Below are positions 54,300-64,000 of a stretch of 64,000 nucleotides of DNA, in pieces (the stretch's first letter is position 1; every line of letters starts with the position of its first letter). Under the pieces are notes generated by a model, which saw only the letters and a list, made by a program, of their open reading frames with translations, searched no databases and was not told the DNA's origin. This DNA comes from Candidatus Eiseniibacteriota bacterium (lineage in GTDB: Bacteria; Eisenbacteria; RBG-16-71-46), in assembly GCA_038231135.1 (NCBI GenBank), contig JBBRLX010000004.1, positions 154,064 to 218,063 on the forward strand, written 5' to 3'. The position numbers and the translations under genes were made by a program.

Positions 54300-54866
54300 T
54301 CAGGCGCTCTTGAGCGGCTCCTTGAGCACGACCTTCACTCCGGCGATGGTGCCCGTCAGCGCGGCGCGCACCGTTGTCGCCGCCGTCGTGCCAACCTTGT
54401 CCGCGGCTTCGATCGCGCCATTGGCGGCGGCAGCGGCAGCCTCCTCGGTATTCACGCCCAATTCCTTGGCGCCGTGGATGGCGCCCTCGACGAGGCCCTT
54501 CGCGGCGGTGCCCACGTCGCCACCGATTTCGGCCGTGGTCTTGATGACCGAGACCGACGTGTGACCGATCGTGTCCAGCGCCTGAGCGCCGGTCTCCTTG
54601 GTGCCACGCAGGACGCCAATGACCGTGCCCTTGGCGGCAGCACCCAGATCACTGCCGACTGCGGTCGCTCCATGAATCACACCCGCGGCGACGTGCGTCA
54701 CGGCGGTCGTGCCCGCCACACCCACCTTGCCCGTGTCCTTGAAGGCGGTCGTCAAGGTGCTGCTGACCATGTCGATCACTGTCTTGGCGACGTCACCGCT
54801 GCCCTTGAGGGTCGTAACCAATCCATTCTTTACGGACTCGATTATGCCCGAATGCTGTTCGCTCAT
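54300..54866 (-). CDS. Hypothetical Ala/Gly/Thr-rich repetitive helical protein
   Basis: RBS AAGGAG; repeated (G.D.G.AAKG.V.G.I.G.KE.G) pattern. Confidence 0.75.
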   Translation of the reverse strand: MSEQHSGIIESVKNGLVTTLKGSGDVAKTVIDMVSSTLTTAFKDTGKVGVAGTTAVTHVAAGVIHGATAVGSDLGAAAKGTVIGVLRGTKETGAQALDTIGHTSVSVIKTTAEIGGDVGTAAKGLVEGAIHGAKELGVNTEEAAAAAANGAIEAADKVGTTAATTVRAALTGTIAGVKVVLKEPLKSA

Positions 54867-55272
54867 GATCGTGCTCCTTGGGTATTGGTGTGCAACATCA
54901 CGCTCGTGCGGCCGGCGATGGCGTGCGCTTGGGATGGCTGCTCAAATGGCGGGGCGCGCGACGGTCCAGTCACGATTCCGTCGAAAGAGATGGCGAGATG
55001 TAGCTTGGCCTGGGAGGGCGAAAGGTCGTCCGACGGAGGGCGGAGTGCGTCCAAGGAGGCATCCGGAACATGCGCTCGATCGTTGCACGAGTCAAAGCGC
55101 GCACGGAGACCGGACACCTCAACCTCGCCCCCTATGGTCGATTAGGCTGCCCGGCGTGTACTATCCCGAGAGCCTGGGCTGGCTGGCATCACTGTGTTTT
55201 CATTCAGGTGATCGTGGTGTTCGAGGCCCGGCACACATGCAGAGACCCGTCGAGGATCCTGGGAGGAATACT

Positions 55273-56004
55273 TTGAGCTTCCGTGAACATCGGATCCAAT
55301 GGACGGACGAGATCGTCGCCAGACTCTGGGATTTCTACGCCCGCACGCCGCCGTTCCGGGACTCGTATTTCTCCAAGGTCGTGGGCAGACAGATCCTCGA
55401 CGCGAGCCGGCTGCCCCGACACGCCGCGCTCGAGATCCTGGACTTCGGCTGCGGACCCGGGTTCATGTGGGAGCACATGCTGAAGGCAGGGACTCGCTGG
55501 GGATACACGGGGCTCGATTTCTCGCCGATCTCCGTCGCGGACGTCAAAGCCAAGGCGGCCGGACATTCGCAATTCCGCGGGGCCCATCATGTTTCGAGCC
55601 TCCCGAGTTCCCTCGCCGGCGATTCGTTCGACGCGGCACTGCTGGTGGAGGTCGTGGAGCACCTGAACGACGATCACTTGAACACGACCGTGGCCGAGGT
55701 CGGACGGCTGCTCAAGCCGGGTGGCGTCGTGATCGTCACCACGCCGAACGACGAGGATATGTCCGCGATGACCCGGTTCTGCCCGGAGTGCGGGGCGACG
55801 TTCCACCAATGGCAGCACGTCCGCTCCTGGACGGACACGAGCCTGGCCACGGCCTTCGGCGCCCACGGTCTCTCGCTCAAGGAAGCGCGGCAGCTCGATT
55901 TCGGGGATCTGGGCTGGGCACGGTTGCCGATCGTCGCGGCACGAAACATCCTCAAGGGCCCCCGCAAGCCGCCCCACTTGATGGCGATTTTCCAGAAGAG
56001 TTAG
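55273..56004 (+). CDS. Class I SAM-dependent methyltransferase
   Basis: GGGAGG RBS before TTG; ILDFGCGPG, VEVVEHL, LKPGG, TTPN, CPEC. Confidence 0.85.
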   Translation: MSFREHRIQWTDEIVARLWDFYARTPPFRDSYFSKVVGRQILDASRLPRHAALEILDFGCGPGFMWEHMLKAGTRWGYTGLDFSPISVADVKAKAAGHSQFRGAHHVSSLPSSLAGDSFDAALLVEVVEHLNDDHLNTTVAEVGRLLKPGGVVIVTTPNDEDMSAMTRFCPECGATFHQWQHVRSWTDTSLATAFGAHGLSLKEARQLDFGDLGWARLPIVAARNILKGPRKPPHLMAIFQKS

Positions 56005-56011
56005 ACCGACC

Positions 56012-57952
56012 ATGTGCGGAATCGCTGGATTCATCGATCTGTCGCGGTCCCCGGCCGAGAACGCGGCTCGGCTCGAGGCGATGCTGGCCTGCATCGTCCA
56101 TCGTGGCCCCGACGATCATGGCGCGTGGGTCGAGGACGGCGTGGCGCTCGGCTTTCGCCGGCTCTCGATCGTGGACCTGTCCGCTGCCGGCCATCAGCCG
56201 ATGATCTCCGCGTCCGGACGCCTCGTCATGATCTTCAACGGCGAGATCTACAACTACCCGGCGCTGCGGGACGGGCTGACGGCGGCCGGCCTCGTGTTCC
56301 GCGGCCACTCGGACACCGAGGTCCTGCTCGAGTTGATCGAGCGCGAGGGCCTGGAGGCGGCGCTGTCGCGCTGCGTTGGAATGTTCGCGCTCGCCGTGTG
56401 GGACCGGAAGGAGCGCGTGCTGTCGGTGGCGCGCGACCGGGCGGGCGAGAAGCCGCTCTACTACGCGCATTCTGGCAACCGTTTCGTGTTCGCCTCCGAG
56501 CTGCGGGCCATGGAAGCGCATCCGGACGTGCCGCGCGAAGTGGACCGCGAGGCGGTCGCCGGCCTGCTGCGCTATGGATTCATTCCGGGGCAGCACAGCA
56601 TCTATCGCGGCGTCGCCAAGCTGCCGCACGCGCACATCCTGCGGCTCGATTTCGGCGCCGCCGGGGCGCGCGATGGCACGGGCACGGCGCGACTCGAGCT
56701 CCGCGAGTACTGGTCGCATCGCGCCGCCATGGCCGCCGGAGCGCGGCAGCCATTCCGGGGCGGCTTCGAAGCCGCCTGCGACCGGCTCGAGGAGCTGCTG
56801 TCCGATGCCGTCCGCATGCAGATGCAGGCGGACGTACCGCTCGGCGCGTTCCTCTCGGGCGGTATCGACTCGAGTGTGGTGGTCGCGATGATGCAGGCGC
56901 ACGCGAGTTCGCCCGTGAAGACGTTCTCGATCGGTTTCGACGATCCCACTTTCGACGAGGCCGACCACGCGCGAGCGGTGGCTGCGCACCTCGGGACCGA
57001 GCATCACGAGATGCTGGTCACGGACCGTGAGGCCATGGACACCGTGCCGCATCTGCCGGACATCTGCGACGAGCCATTCGCGGATTCGTCCCTGATCCCG
57101 ACTTATCACGTCGCCCGGATCGCGCGCCAGTACGTAACGGTGTCGCTGTCGGGTGACGGCGGCGACGAGTTGTTCGGCGGCTACCACAAGTATCGGCTCG
57201 GCACGCGGCTCGATCGGCTGCCGGCGCGCGGCACGCTGGCCGGGTTGATGGCGTGGCTGCCGACGGGAGCGATCGAGCGCACCGCTGCGCTCGCGGGCGA
57301 GGGGGCACGCCGCAAGTTCGCCCGCCACCGGTTCGCGACCGTACGCTCGCTGCTCGCGGCGCCGGGCGACGTCGGGCTGGCGGAAGCGCTGGTCGCCATG
57401 AACCTCGCGGAGTCCGATCTGACGGCACCCCGGGTCGAGGCGCAGCGGATCGGGCTTCGGGGAGCGAACGCGCACGCCGGGGGGCGATCGTACCTCGAAG
57501 GCGCCATGCTGCTCGACCGTGACGGCTACCTGCCGGACGACGTGCTGGTCAAGGTCGATCGCGCGACCATGGCGGTGAGCCTCGAGAGCCGAGCGCCGCT
57601 GCTCGATCACCGCATCATCGAGTTCGCGGCTTCGCTGCCGATCGAGTTCCTGGTCCAGGGCGGAGTCACCAAGCGCGTGCTGCGCGCGGTGCTCCATCGC
57701 CGGGTGCCGAAGGCCCTCGTGGAGCGGCCGAAGATGGGGTTCAGCGTCCCGCTCGGCCCCTGGCTGCGCTCGGGGCTGCGCGAGTGGGCTGGTGACCTCA
57801 TCGGCACAGCCCCAAGCCTCGCGCCGGGCGTGCTGGACGCCGTGGCCTGCGATCGGCTGTTCGCGGCCCATTTGACCGGTCCCCGCGATCACTCACTGCG
57901 CCTCTGGCCAGTCCTGATGTACCTCGCCTGGGCACAGCGCAGGCGGACGTGA
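56012..57952 (+). CDS. asnB: Asparagine synthase (glutamine-hydrolysing) family amidotransferase
   Basis: MCGIAG, HRGPD, FNGEIYN, LSGGIDSS, SGDGGDELFGGY, KVDRATMA.SLE.R. Confidence 0.95.
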   Translation: MCGIAGFIDLSRSPAENAARLEAMLACIVHRGPDDHGAWVEDGVALGFRRLSIVDLSAAGHQPMISASGRLVMIFNGEIYNYPALRDGLTAAGLVFRGHSDTEVLLELIEREGLEAALSRCVGMFALAVWDRKERVLSVARDRAGEKPLYYAHSGNRFVFASELRAMEAHPDVPREVDREAVAGLLRYGFIPGQHSIYRGVAKLPHAHILRLDFGAAGARDGTGTARLELREYWSHRAAMAAGARQPFRGGFEAACDRLEELLSDAVRMQMQADVPLGAFLSGGIDSSVVVAMMQAHASSPVKTFSIGFDDPTFDEADHARAVAAHLGTEHHEMLVTDREAMDTVPHLPDICDEPFADSSLIPTYHVARIARQYVTVSLSGDGGDELFGGYHKYRLGTRLDRLPARGTLAGLMAWLPTGAIERTAALAGEGARRKFARHRFATVRSLLAAPGDVGLAEALVAMNLAESDLTAPRVEAQRIGLRGANAHAGGRSYLEGAMLLDRDGYLPDDVLVKVDRATMAVSLESRAPLLDHRIIEFAASLPIEFLVQGGVTKRVLRAVLHRRVPKALVERPKMGFSVPLGPWLRSGLREWAGDLIGTAPSLAPGVLDAVACDRLFAAHLTGPRDHSLRLWPVLMYLAWAQRRRT

Positions 57953-58704
57953 CCCGGAGCGTCGTCTACACCTGCATCACCGGAGGCTACGACCCAATCC
58001 GCCCGCCTGAGCGGGTGGACCCGAGCCTCGACTACCTGTGCTTCACCGACGCGGACCATTGTCCCGCCCCCTGGCGGCGCCTGACGATTCCGGTGCACGG
58101 CCTCGATGCCCTGGACCAGAATCGCTACGTCAAGATGCACCCGCATCGGATCGAGGCGCTCGCGAAATACGACCTGAGCATGTACGTCGACGGTTCGATC
58201 GCGATCATCGGTGACCCGCTGGACCTGATTCGCCAGGTCGAGACACGCGACGAGCAGATCTTCGCCTACGAGCACCCGGATCGGAATTGCTTGTTCGATG
58301 AAGGCCTGGCGTGCGCGCTGGGAGGGCTCGGCTGGATCTGGCAGATCGATCGGCAGCTCGCACGTTATCGCGCCGAGGGATTCCCGGCACGACTCGGCTT
58401 GTTCGAAGCCAGCGTCCTCGTGCGCCGCAGGAGCCCGGAGCTGGAGCGCTTCATGGAGCGGTGGTGGGCCGAGTACCGGACCGGCGTGAAACGCGATCAG
58501 CTCTCGTTCACGTACGTCGCGTGGAAGGAAGGGGTCCGGATCGGCTCGCTGGGGCGCAGCGATCCGCGGTTCCTGCACCGGATCTTCCGGTTGGAACCGC
58601 ACACGGACCGACCCGGGATCGGACCGCCGCTACGCAGGCGAATCAACCGCTTGCTGGCTCGCACCAACCTTTACAGCACGCTCACCGGCCCGCGCGAGAT
58701 CTGA
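57949..58704 (+). CDS. DUF616-type glycosyltransferase-like protein
   Basis: VYTCITGGYD, CFTD, YVDGS, HPDRNC, RDQLSF. Confidence 0.8.
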   Translation: MTRSVVYTCITGGYDPIRPPERVDPSLDYLCFTDADHCPAPWRRLTIPVHGLDALDQNRYVKMHPHRIEALAKYDLSMYVDGSIAIIGDPLDLIRQVETRDEQIFAYEHPDRNCLFDEGLACALGGLGWIWQIDRQLARYRAEGFPARLGLFEASVLVRRRSPELERFMERWWAEYRTGVKRDQLSFTYVAWKEGVRIGSLGRSDPRFLHRIFRLEPHTDRPGIGPPLRRRINRLLARTNLYSTLTGPREI

Positions 58705-58781
58705 ACGCCCCTTGAAACTAACCCGTCGCCTAATCCGTAATATCTAACATCTCGGGCTGCCGAGCTTAACTGGGAGGTCTC

Positions 58782-59252
58782 GTGAACACGAATCGTCTGC
58801 TGTGGATGCTGGTCGTGGCCGATGTCCTGCTCGCGTTCGCGTCGGTCGGGGCCGAGGGGTTCTTCGGCTGGACCCTCCCACCCGCGCTCGCGGCATACAA
58901 CCATGCACGGTTCACGGGTTTCTCGATTTCAAGCGCGGGGGACGCGATCCATCTCCTGCTGTTGGCCACGACCGTGCTCTGTGCCTTCGCGGCCTGGATC
59001 GGCCTGGTGTCCTACTGGAGTTTCGCGCGGCGGCTCTATCTCGTCTCGTGGGCGATCTGGATCCTGGTCATCCTGGTCTCGGGACCGCGGGTGAGTACAT
59101 CGCTCGGCGTTATATTCAGCGTGATGAACGCGATGGTTGGAGGAGTCATCCTCGGTCTCATCTACTTCTCCGATCTGGCTCATCGATACGAGCGAGCACC
59201 GGTCGAGAGCGTGGCACCGGCGGGAACCAGCCTCGGCGCTGGTCGGGCCTGA
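58782..59252 (+). CDS. Hypothetical membrane protein (about 4 TM)
   Basis: RBS GGGAGG before GTG; hydrophobic segments. Confidence 0.7.
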   Translation: MNTNRLLWMLVVADVLLAFASVGAEGFFGWTLPPALAAYNHARFTGFSISSAGDAIHLLLLATTVLCAFAAWIGLVSYWSFARRLYLVSWAIWILVILVSGPRVSTSLGVIFSVMNAMVGGVILGLIYFSDLAHRYERAPVESVAPAGTSLGAGRA

Positions 59253-59404
59253 TTTCCTTCCACTCGCCGTGGGCGCGCTCCCCCACGAGCGACTCGACTT
59301 CAAACCGCACCGCGCACGGCTCCGAGCGTGCTAGTCTCCCCCGTCCCCAGCGGGTGAACCGCCCGTCGTTCCGGTGTGTCTAAGCCTCATCCCACGAGGT
59401 CGAA

Positions 59405-60334
59405 ATGAAGCTCGGTACCGCACTCGTCGTCGCCTGGTGTCTGCCCATCGCCTTGAGCGCCGCTGCCCATGCCGCGCCCGCCCGGCCCAGCGGCGCCGGC
59501 GCCACGTTCACCCAGGGCGGCGCCACCATCTGGTACGAGGTGCGAGGCACCGCCGGCGGGCGGCCGCTCGTGATGGTGAACGGCGGCCCCGGGTTCGATC
59601 ACAACTACGTGTTGTGCTCCGACGCCTGGGACCACCTCGCCGGGACGCGGCGTGTGGTGTTCTACGACCAGCGCGGCAATGGCCGCTCGGGAGCGCTGCA
59701 TCGCGGCGAATCGTGCACGCTCGCCGATCAGATCGCAGACCTCGAGGCCCTGCGCGCCCGCCTCGGCGCCGATCGCTTCGACTTGATCGGGCATTCGTGG
59801 GGCGGCTACCTGGTGATGGCGTATGCCGCGCGTCACCCTGAGCACGTCGCGCACTTGATCATCGCCGACTCGGCCGCGCCCAAATGGAGCGAGACCGAGT
59901 TCGTATTCAAGTACATCTATCCGGAAGGTATCGAGCACCAGGCGCAGCTCGACTTCGCGGACGCGGTAGGCGATTCCGCGTCCGGCAAGGCCAGCCTGCG
60001 CGAGTACCTGGGCATGCTGTTCCTCTCGACCGACAAGCGCGATGAGTTCCTGACACACGCGGATCAGTATCACTACTCGCGCCCGGTGAATCAGGCCCTG
60101 AATGCGGACCTTGCGAACTACGACATGTGGCCGGTGATCCGGACCTTCAAGATGCCCACGCTGGTGTTGACCGGGCGCTACGACCTGAACGTCGCGCCGA
60201 GCACCGCCTGGAAGATTCACCAGGCCATCGCGGGCTCGCAATGGCAGGTATTCGAGCGCAGCGGCCACCTGCCGTACTTCGAGGAGCCGGAGAAGTTCGT
60301 GCAGGTGGTGGACGGATTCCTGGGGACACCGTGA
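59405..60334 (+). CDS. Secreted alpha/beta hydrolase (proline iminopeptidase-like)
   Basis: Signal peptide; NGGPG, YDQRGNGRS, GHSWGG, GRYD, SGH. Confidence 0.88.
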   Translation: MKLGTALVVAWCLPIALSAAAHAAPARPSGAGATFTQGGATIWYEVRGTAGGRPLVMVNGGPGFDHNYVLCSDAWDHLAGTRRVVFYDQRGNGRSGALHRGESCTLADQIADLEALRARLGADRFDLIGHSWGGYLVMAYAARHPEHVAHLIIADSAAPKWSETEFVFKYIYPEGIEHQAQLDFADAVGDSASGKASLREYLGMLFLSTDKRDEFLTHADQYHYSRPVNQALNADLANYDMWPVIRTFKMPTLVLTGRYDLNVAPSTAWKIHQAIAGSQWQVFERSGHLPYFEEPEKFVQVVDGFLGTP

Positions 60335-60393
60335 GCCGAACCTGCGAGTCGGTCCCCGGGCCCGTCACGCCGGTAGCCCCAGCGCACGGAAAA

Positions 60394-60440
60394 TGGTGGA
60401 GCTGAACGGGATCGAACCGTCGACCTCCTGACTGCCAGTC
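60394..60440 (-). mobile_element. 3' half of tRNA-Ala(GGC), an att site of an integrated element
   Basis: Minus strand reads GACTGGCAGTCAGGAGGTCGACGGTTCGATCCCGTTCAGCTCCACCA (anticodon loop, T-arm, CCA); the 5' half and D-arm are absent. Confidence 0.8.
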
Positions 60441-61290
60441 CCTTCGGAGAGGTAGCACCAACGGGGATGAAGCGGGGTGAAGCGTAACGACCAGCGCAGC
60501 TTACACCCGAATGCCGACGAGAGGACGCGCGGCATGATCCCGGTCGATTCCGATGCGCTCCCCTACACTTGCCCTACAGCGATTCAAGTCAAACGCGGGG
60601 CCTTGGAAGGCGCATTTCCAAGACGGACGACTCCAACGAGTATAACGACGAAGGAGACAGAGGGGTTGAGGCCTACGACGACGAGGAGGTGTTCGATGAA
60701 GATGCGGCCGGCTTCTGAGCGCTTGAAACCGTTTCGCCCCGCGTCGGCCGTGAACATGGCCTCAAAGACCTTTCGCTGTCTTGTTCGGTGGCGGTTCCGC
60801 AGTCTGACGGTCTCGAAACTTTCTGACCACAATATCAACCGGCTCCCGCGGAACACGCTTCGCCACAAACAACTACACGCGGCCCCATGAGGTTAGCTCC
60901 TCGTGGGGCATTCTGTTTCTTGGGGACGGAATGGCACGCAATGGCATCCGTTGGGACTTTGGAGGGGTAGCCAAAGGGTAGCCACGGGGTGCGCCGATCA
61001 CGAAACCCCGGGCGGCGTCCGCATCTTGGTTCAAGTAGTCGCGGGGGGAGCGGACGATCCTGCCGTGGAGCTGTCATTCACTGGCACATACTCGCAGCCG
61101 CCAAGCTCGGAGACCTGGACCGCTCGCAAATAGAAGACTACACCCGTCGAGGTGCAGGTGTTCTGGGACGACAGGCCAATGGTGACGTGGCAGACACGGA
61201 TGAGATCAGCGTCGGCCTCAAACTTCCGTTCCACCAGGCGCGCATTCGTGAGGTGACCTCTCGGCGCCGGAGTTCGAAGAGCCGTGTCCG

Positions 61291-63048
61291 TCAGCGCACC
61301 ACGGCGAAGTGCCTCGAGAGCGAACGGTTTCCCTGTGTGAGACGAACCACGTACACACCCGGGTTCATCACAGCCACGCCAGGCAGATGGACAAAGTGCC
61401 GACCAGGTCCCAGGGAACCGAGGGCGAGGCTCTGGATTTCGCGACCTAAGATGTCGAACAGGGCCACGTGCACTGGCTCAGAACTCGGCACCGCAAATGA
61501 AACGAGCAATGCCCGCGAAGCGGGATTCGGAAATGGCGCCTCGAGGATCATCGCAGACGGTGAAAGAAGATCCACTCCCGTCGTGACCGCTCCTACCATT
61601 CCTCCCGAGCTGACGTGCTGGGCATAGATGTCCACGCCCGAGCCGCGGTAGTCGTCCCAGTAGGCTATTGCGCCGCCAGCTCCGTCCGTCACGACATCGG
61701 GGTAGACTTGCTCGCCGGGAGCTGTGCACAGGGCGACGCCATTCTGGGCCCAGCCCGGGGCAATTGCTCCGGTTGCGGTGACGTGCTGGGCATAGATGTC
61801 GTATGAGCTCACGCTCCGCTGGTCGTACCAGGTGATGATTGCACCGCCATATCCGTCGGCAACGATCGCAGGATTGATCTGTATGCCGGGAGCGGTGCAC
61901 ACATGCGCTCCGTTCGGGGTCCAACGCGGATCGACGGTGCCCGAAGCGAGAACACGTTGCGCGAAGACGTCCCGGTCGAGGCCGTTGCGCGTATCCACCC
62001 AGGTCACGATGACACCGTCCGCGCCGTCGGAGGCAGCCGAATTGAATCGATCGCCGATCGCCTGCTCGTTGGTCGCATTGGAAACGAGGATGCCGCCGGG
62101 CGCGGAGACGATGTTTCCAAGAGCGTCGAGATGCTCGACCCAGACATTGTACGCGCCGTTGCGTCCGTCGGACGTGGCGACCCACACTCCGCCCGCGCCA
62201 TCCGTGACCACGTCTGTCGCTCCTCCGATCGTGGGAATGAGCGAGCCGTCGTCGTTCCAGAGTCGCGAGCCGGAAGCATCGAGATGTTGGGCATAGAATC
62301 CGACACGGCCGTCGTCGACGAACACGATGACCGCGCCGCCCGCGCCGTCGGATGCCAAACAGTTGTTGCCAGCCAGCACCCGCTCGCCCGAGTCCGCGCA
62401 GACAGGGACGCCCCTGGGATCCCACGCCGGGACACCTGAAGCATCGATGCGCTGGCTGTACAGGTCATAATGGGACCTGTATCGAGGGGGCTCCGGTGGA
62501 GGCGCGCGGCGCAGATCCTCCCACAGAACGATGGCTCCGCCTCGTCCATCCGGCATGGCGGTATCAAAAATCTGCGCGCTGTCAGCCGTGCAGGCGCGAA
62601 CCCCGTCCACGTTCCACAGCAACGCGCCGTCACCGTTCACTCGCTGCGCGAAGACCTTCGCGGGGCTGGCTCGGTAGTCTGTCCAGAAGATGATCACCCC
62701 GCCATGACCATCGGTCACCGCAGAACCCCCCTGCTGATATCCCGTGGCCGTGCAGACGCGAACGCCGCAGGTGGGCCATCCGGCCGGTGGCTGCCCCGAG
62801 GAGTCGATTCGCAGCGCGTGGATGAACGAACCTGAGGCTCCGGCGTCCTGCCAGGTGATGAAGGTCCCGCCCGATCCATCCGGCACCATTCCGGTGCGCC
62901 CCTGCTGACCGGGTCCGGCACAGATGCCTACACCATCGGTGGGCCATGCGCTCGTGGCGCATGCATCACCAATGGCCGTAGACTGTGAAGCGATGCCAGC
63001 AAGCAGGAAAGCCTGTAGCAATCGTCGCAGGGATCTTCGGAGCACCAT
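61291..63048 (-). CDS. Secreted repeat (beta-propeller-like) protein with a T9SS-type C-terminal domain
   Basis: Repeated DG.GGAI..W.D.R...D.YAQ(R/H)V units; C-terminal PFPNP...FDILGR...PGVYVVRL. Confidence 0.8.
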   Translation of the reverse strand: MVLRRSLRRLLQAFLLAGIASQSTAIGDACATSAWPTDGVGICAGPGQQGRTGMVPDGSGGTFITWQDAGASGSFIHALRIDSSGQPPAGWPTCGVRVCTATGYQQGGSAVTDGHGGVIIFWTDYRASPAKVFAQRVNGDGALLWNVDGVRACTADSAQIFDTAMPDGRGGAIVLWEDLRRAPPPEPPRYRSHYDLYSQRIDASGVPAWDPRGVPVCADSGERVLAGNNCLASDGAGGAVIVFVDDGRVGFYAQHLDASGSRLWNDDGSLIPTIGGATDVVTDGAGGVWVATSDGRNGAYNVWVEHLDALGNIVSAPGGILVSNATNEQAIGDRFNSAASDGADGVIVTWVDTRNGLDRDVFAQRVLASGTVDPRWTPNGAHVCTAPGIQINPAIVADGYGGAIITWYDQRSVSSYDIYAQHVTATGAIAPGWAQNGVALCTAPGEQVYPDVVTDGAGGAIAYWDDYRGSGVDIYAQHVSSGGMVGAVTTGVDLLSPSAMILEAPFPNPASRALLVSFAVPSSEPVHVALFDILGREIQSLALGSLGPGRHFVHLPGVAVMNPGVYVVRLTQGNRSLSRHFAVVR

Positions 63049-63861
63049 GGTATTACGCACGCCCGTTTCTACACCGGACAGGGGGCAATGGGTCCGGGGA
63101 AGACTTGCAAACAAACTCGCCCGCGACCGGGGGATCGGCGCGCACTGCGCCCGCTTATGGTCAGCCATGACGAACTCCTTTCCAGTCCCCCAATGCGCGA
63201 CTTCCCGGGGCGTCGCCTGTTCGAAGAGCGGCTCGCGGGATCCGTGACTGTGGGGCGTAAGCGGGCGAGCGGGTCTGATGAAACTGAGGTTACGCCTGGG
63301 AAACGCAGCGATCAGCCGCGAGCGTATCGGGCTCTGTCCGGCGTTGACTCGGACTTTCTCAGTTCGCGTCCTGCCAGACGTCTGCTCGCGCGGCGATTGT
63401 AGTCCTTGCCCAGTGCAAATGGCATCCCGGCCATGGTTCCGAGGCCATGCCGAAAACGTTCCCAGCGATCCAAAGGCTGGCGGCCCTATAACCAACGACT
63501 TCCGCCGCTCTGTTCAGCGTCCCGCAATGACCTCGTTTGTGAACGGGCTAGTAAACGGATTTCGCGCCCGTAGTTAAGCGAATCGCCCCCGCCATGAGGT
63601 TGCCAAGGGCGCGTGGCGCACTTCGACCTGCCCGCCGAGAGCCATATCCTCTTCAGCGCGAAGCACATGCCCCCAGGTCACACCTATAAAAGCTGAAACA
63701 GGTGGAAGCCAATGGTACTATGTGTGACTTGTGAGGTATGACTACCATGCCCGCTTCGTGGCTCCCGCCTCCGCGTTGATCGAATTGCGTTGGCTTCTTA
63801 CCCCCGGAGTGCACTCATGCGACGCAAAACCGGAAGCTTCTCTTCGAGCGCCTAGATTTGC

Positions 63862-64000
63862 CTAGCAGGCTGCTGAAAAAGGACCGACGACGCGCACCGG
63901 GGAGCCTGCCGATGCACTCGTTCGCGAGCGGCGGTTCCGCTGAGCGGGGTGCTGGCGCCATATCGGTGATTCTGAACTCCGGAGTGTCGTTCTCATGCGA
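63862..64000 (+). mobile_element. Probable left end of an IS5/IS1182-like insertion sequence
   Basis: CTAG followed by CAGGCTGCTGAAAAA; ATG CGA at 63995 after GGAG could start the transposase, which is cut by the window end. Confidence 0.55.

Noticed and set aside
60394..60470. Intact tRNA-Ala gene
   Set aside because: The 5' acceptor strand and D-arm are missing, and the anticodon stem is only partly paired.
60477..61234. Short ORFs inside the island edge as an integrase remnant
   Set aside because: No tyrosine- or serine-recombinase motifs were recognisable in the frames examined.

Overview
This is a very GC-rich bacterial chromosome segment. Its gene style (PorV-like gene, FlgD/T9SS-type C-terminal domains, C-terminal SWGxxKxLYR tails) suggests a candidate-phylum FCB-related organism such as Ca. 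Eisenbacteria; this taxonomy is inference only. Bases 1-28 kb are mostly core genes: purN-HAD-purC-purH-cupin-guaA-slt operon, comEC, PEGA protein, mltD, glgC plus a GlgD-like paralog, porV-like gene, and trpS-scpA-scpB-rluB. Bases 28-60 kb are accessory: a UGA-interrupted peroxiredoxin (probable selenoprotein), GAF-PP2C, MshEN PilB/GspE ATPase, cstA, a peroxidase/CpxP/two-component operon, a TonB-dependent receptor, a kinase, an asnB cluster and several gene remnants. At 60.4 kb a displaced 3' half of tRNA-Ala marks the edge of an integrated element, and an IS end appears at the window border. The most notable observations are: (i) a shared short C-terminal motif (S-W-G-x-[IV]-K-x-L-Y-R-stop) on an NHL protein and on a tiny ORF behind a sigma54-type promoter next to porV, a candidate protein-sorting signal; (ii) the Sec-peroxiredoxin; (iii) recurrent leaderless genes behind promoters with 18-bp spacers. 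No CRISPR array, rRNA or intact tRNA was seen.
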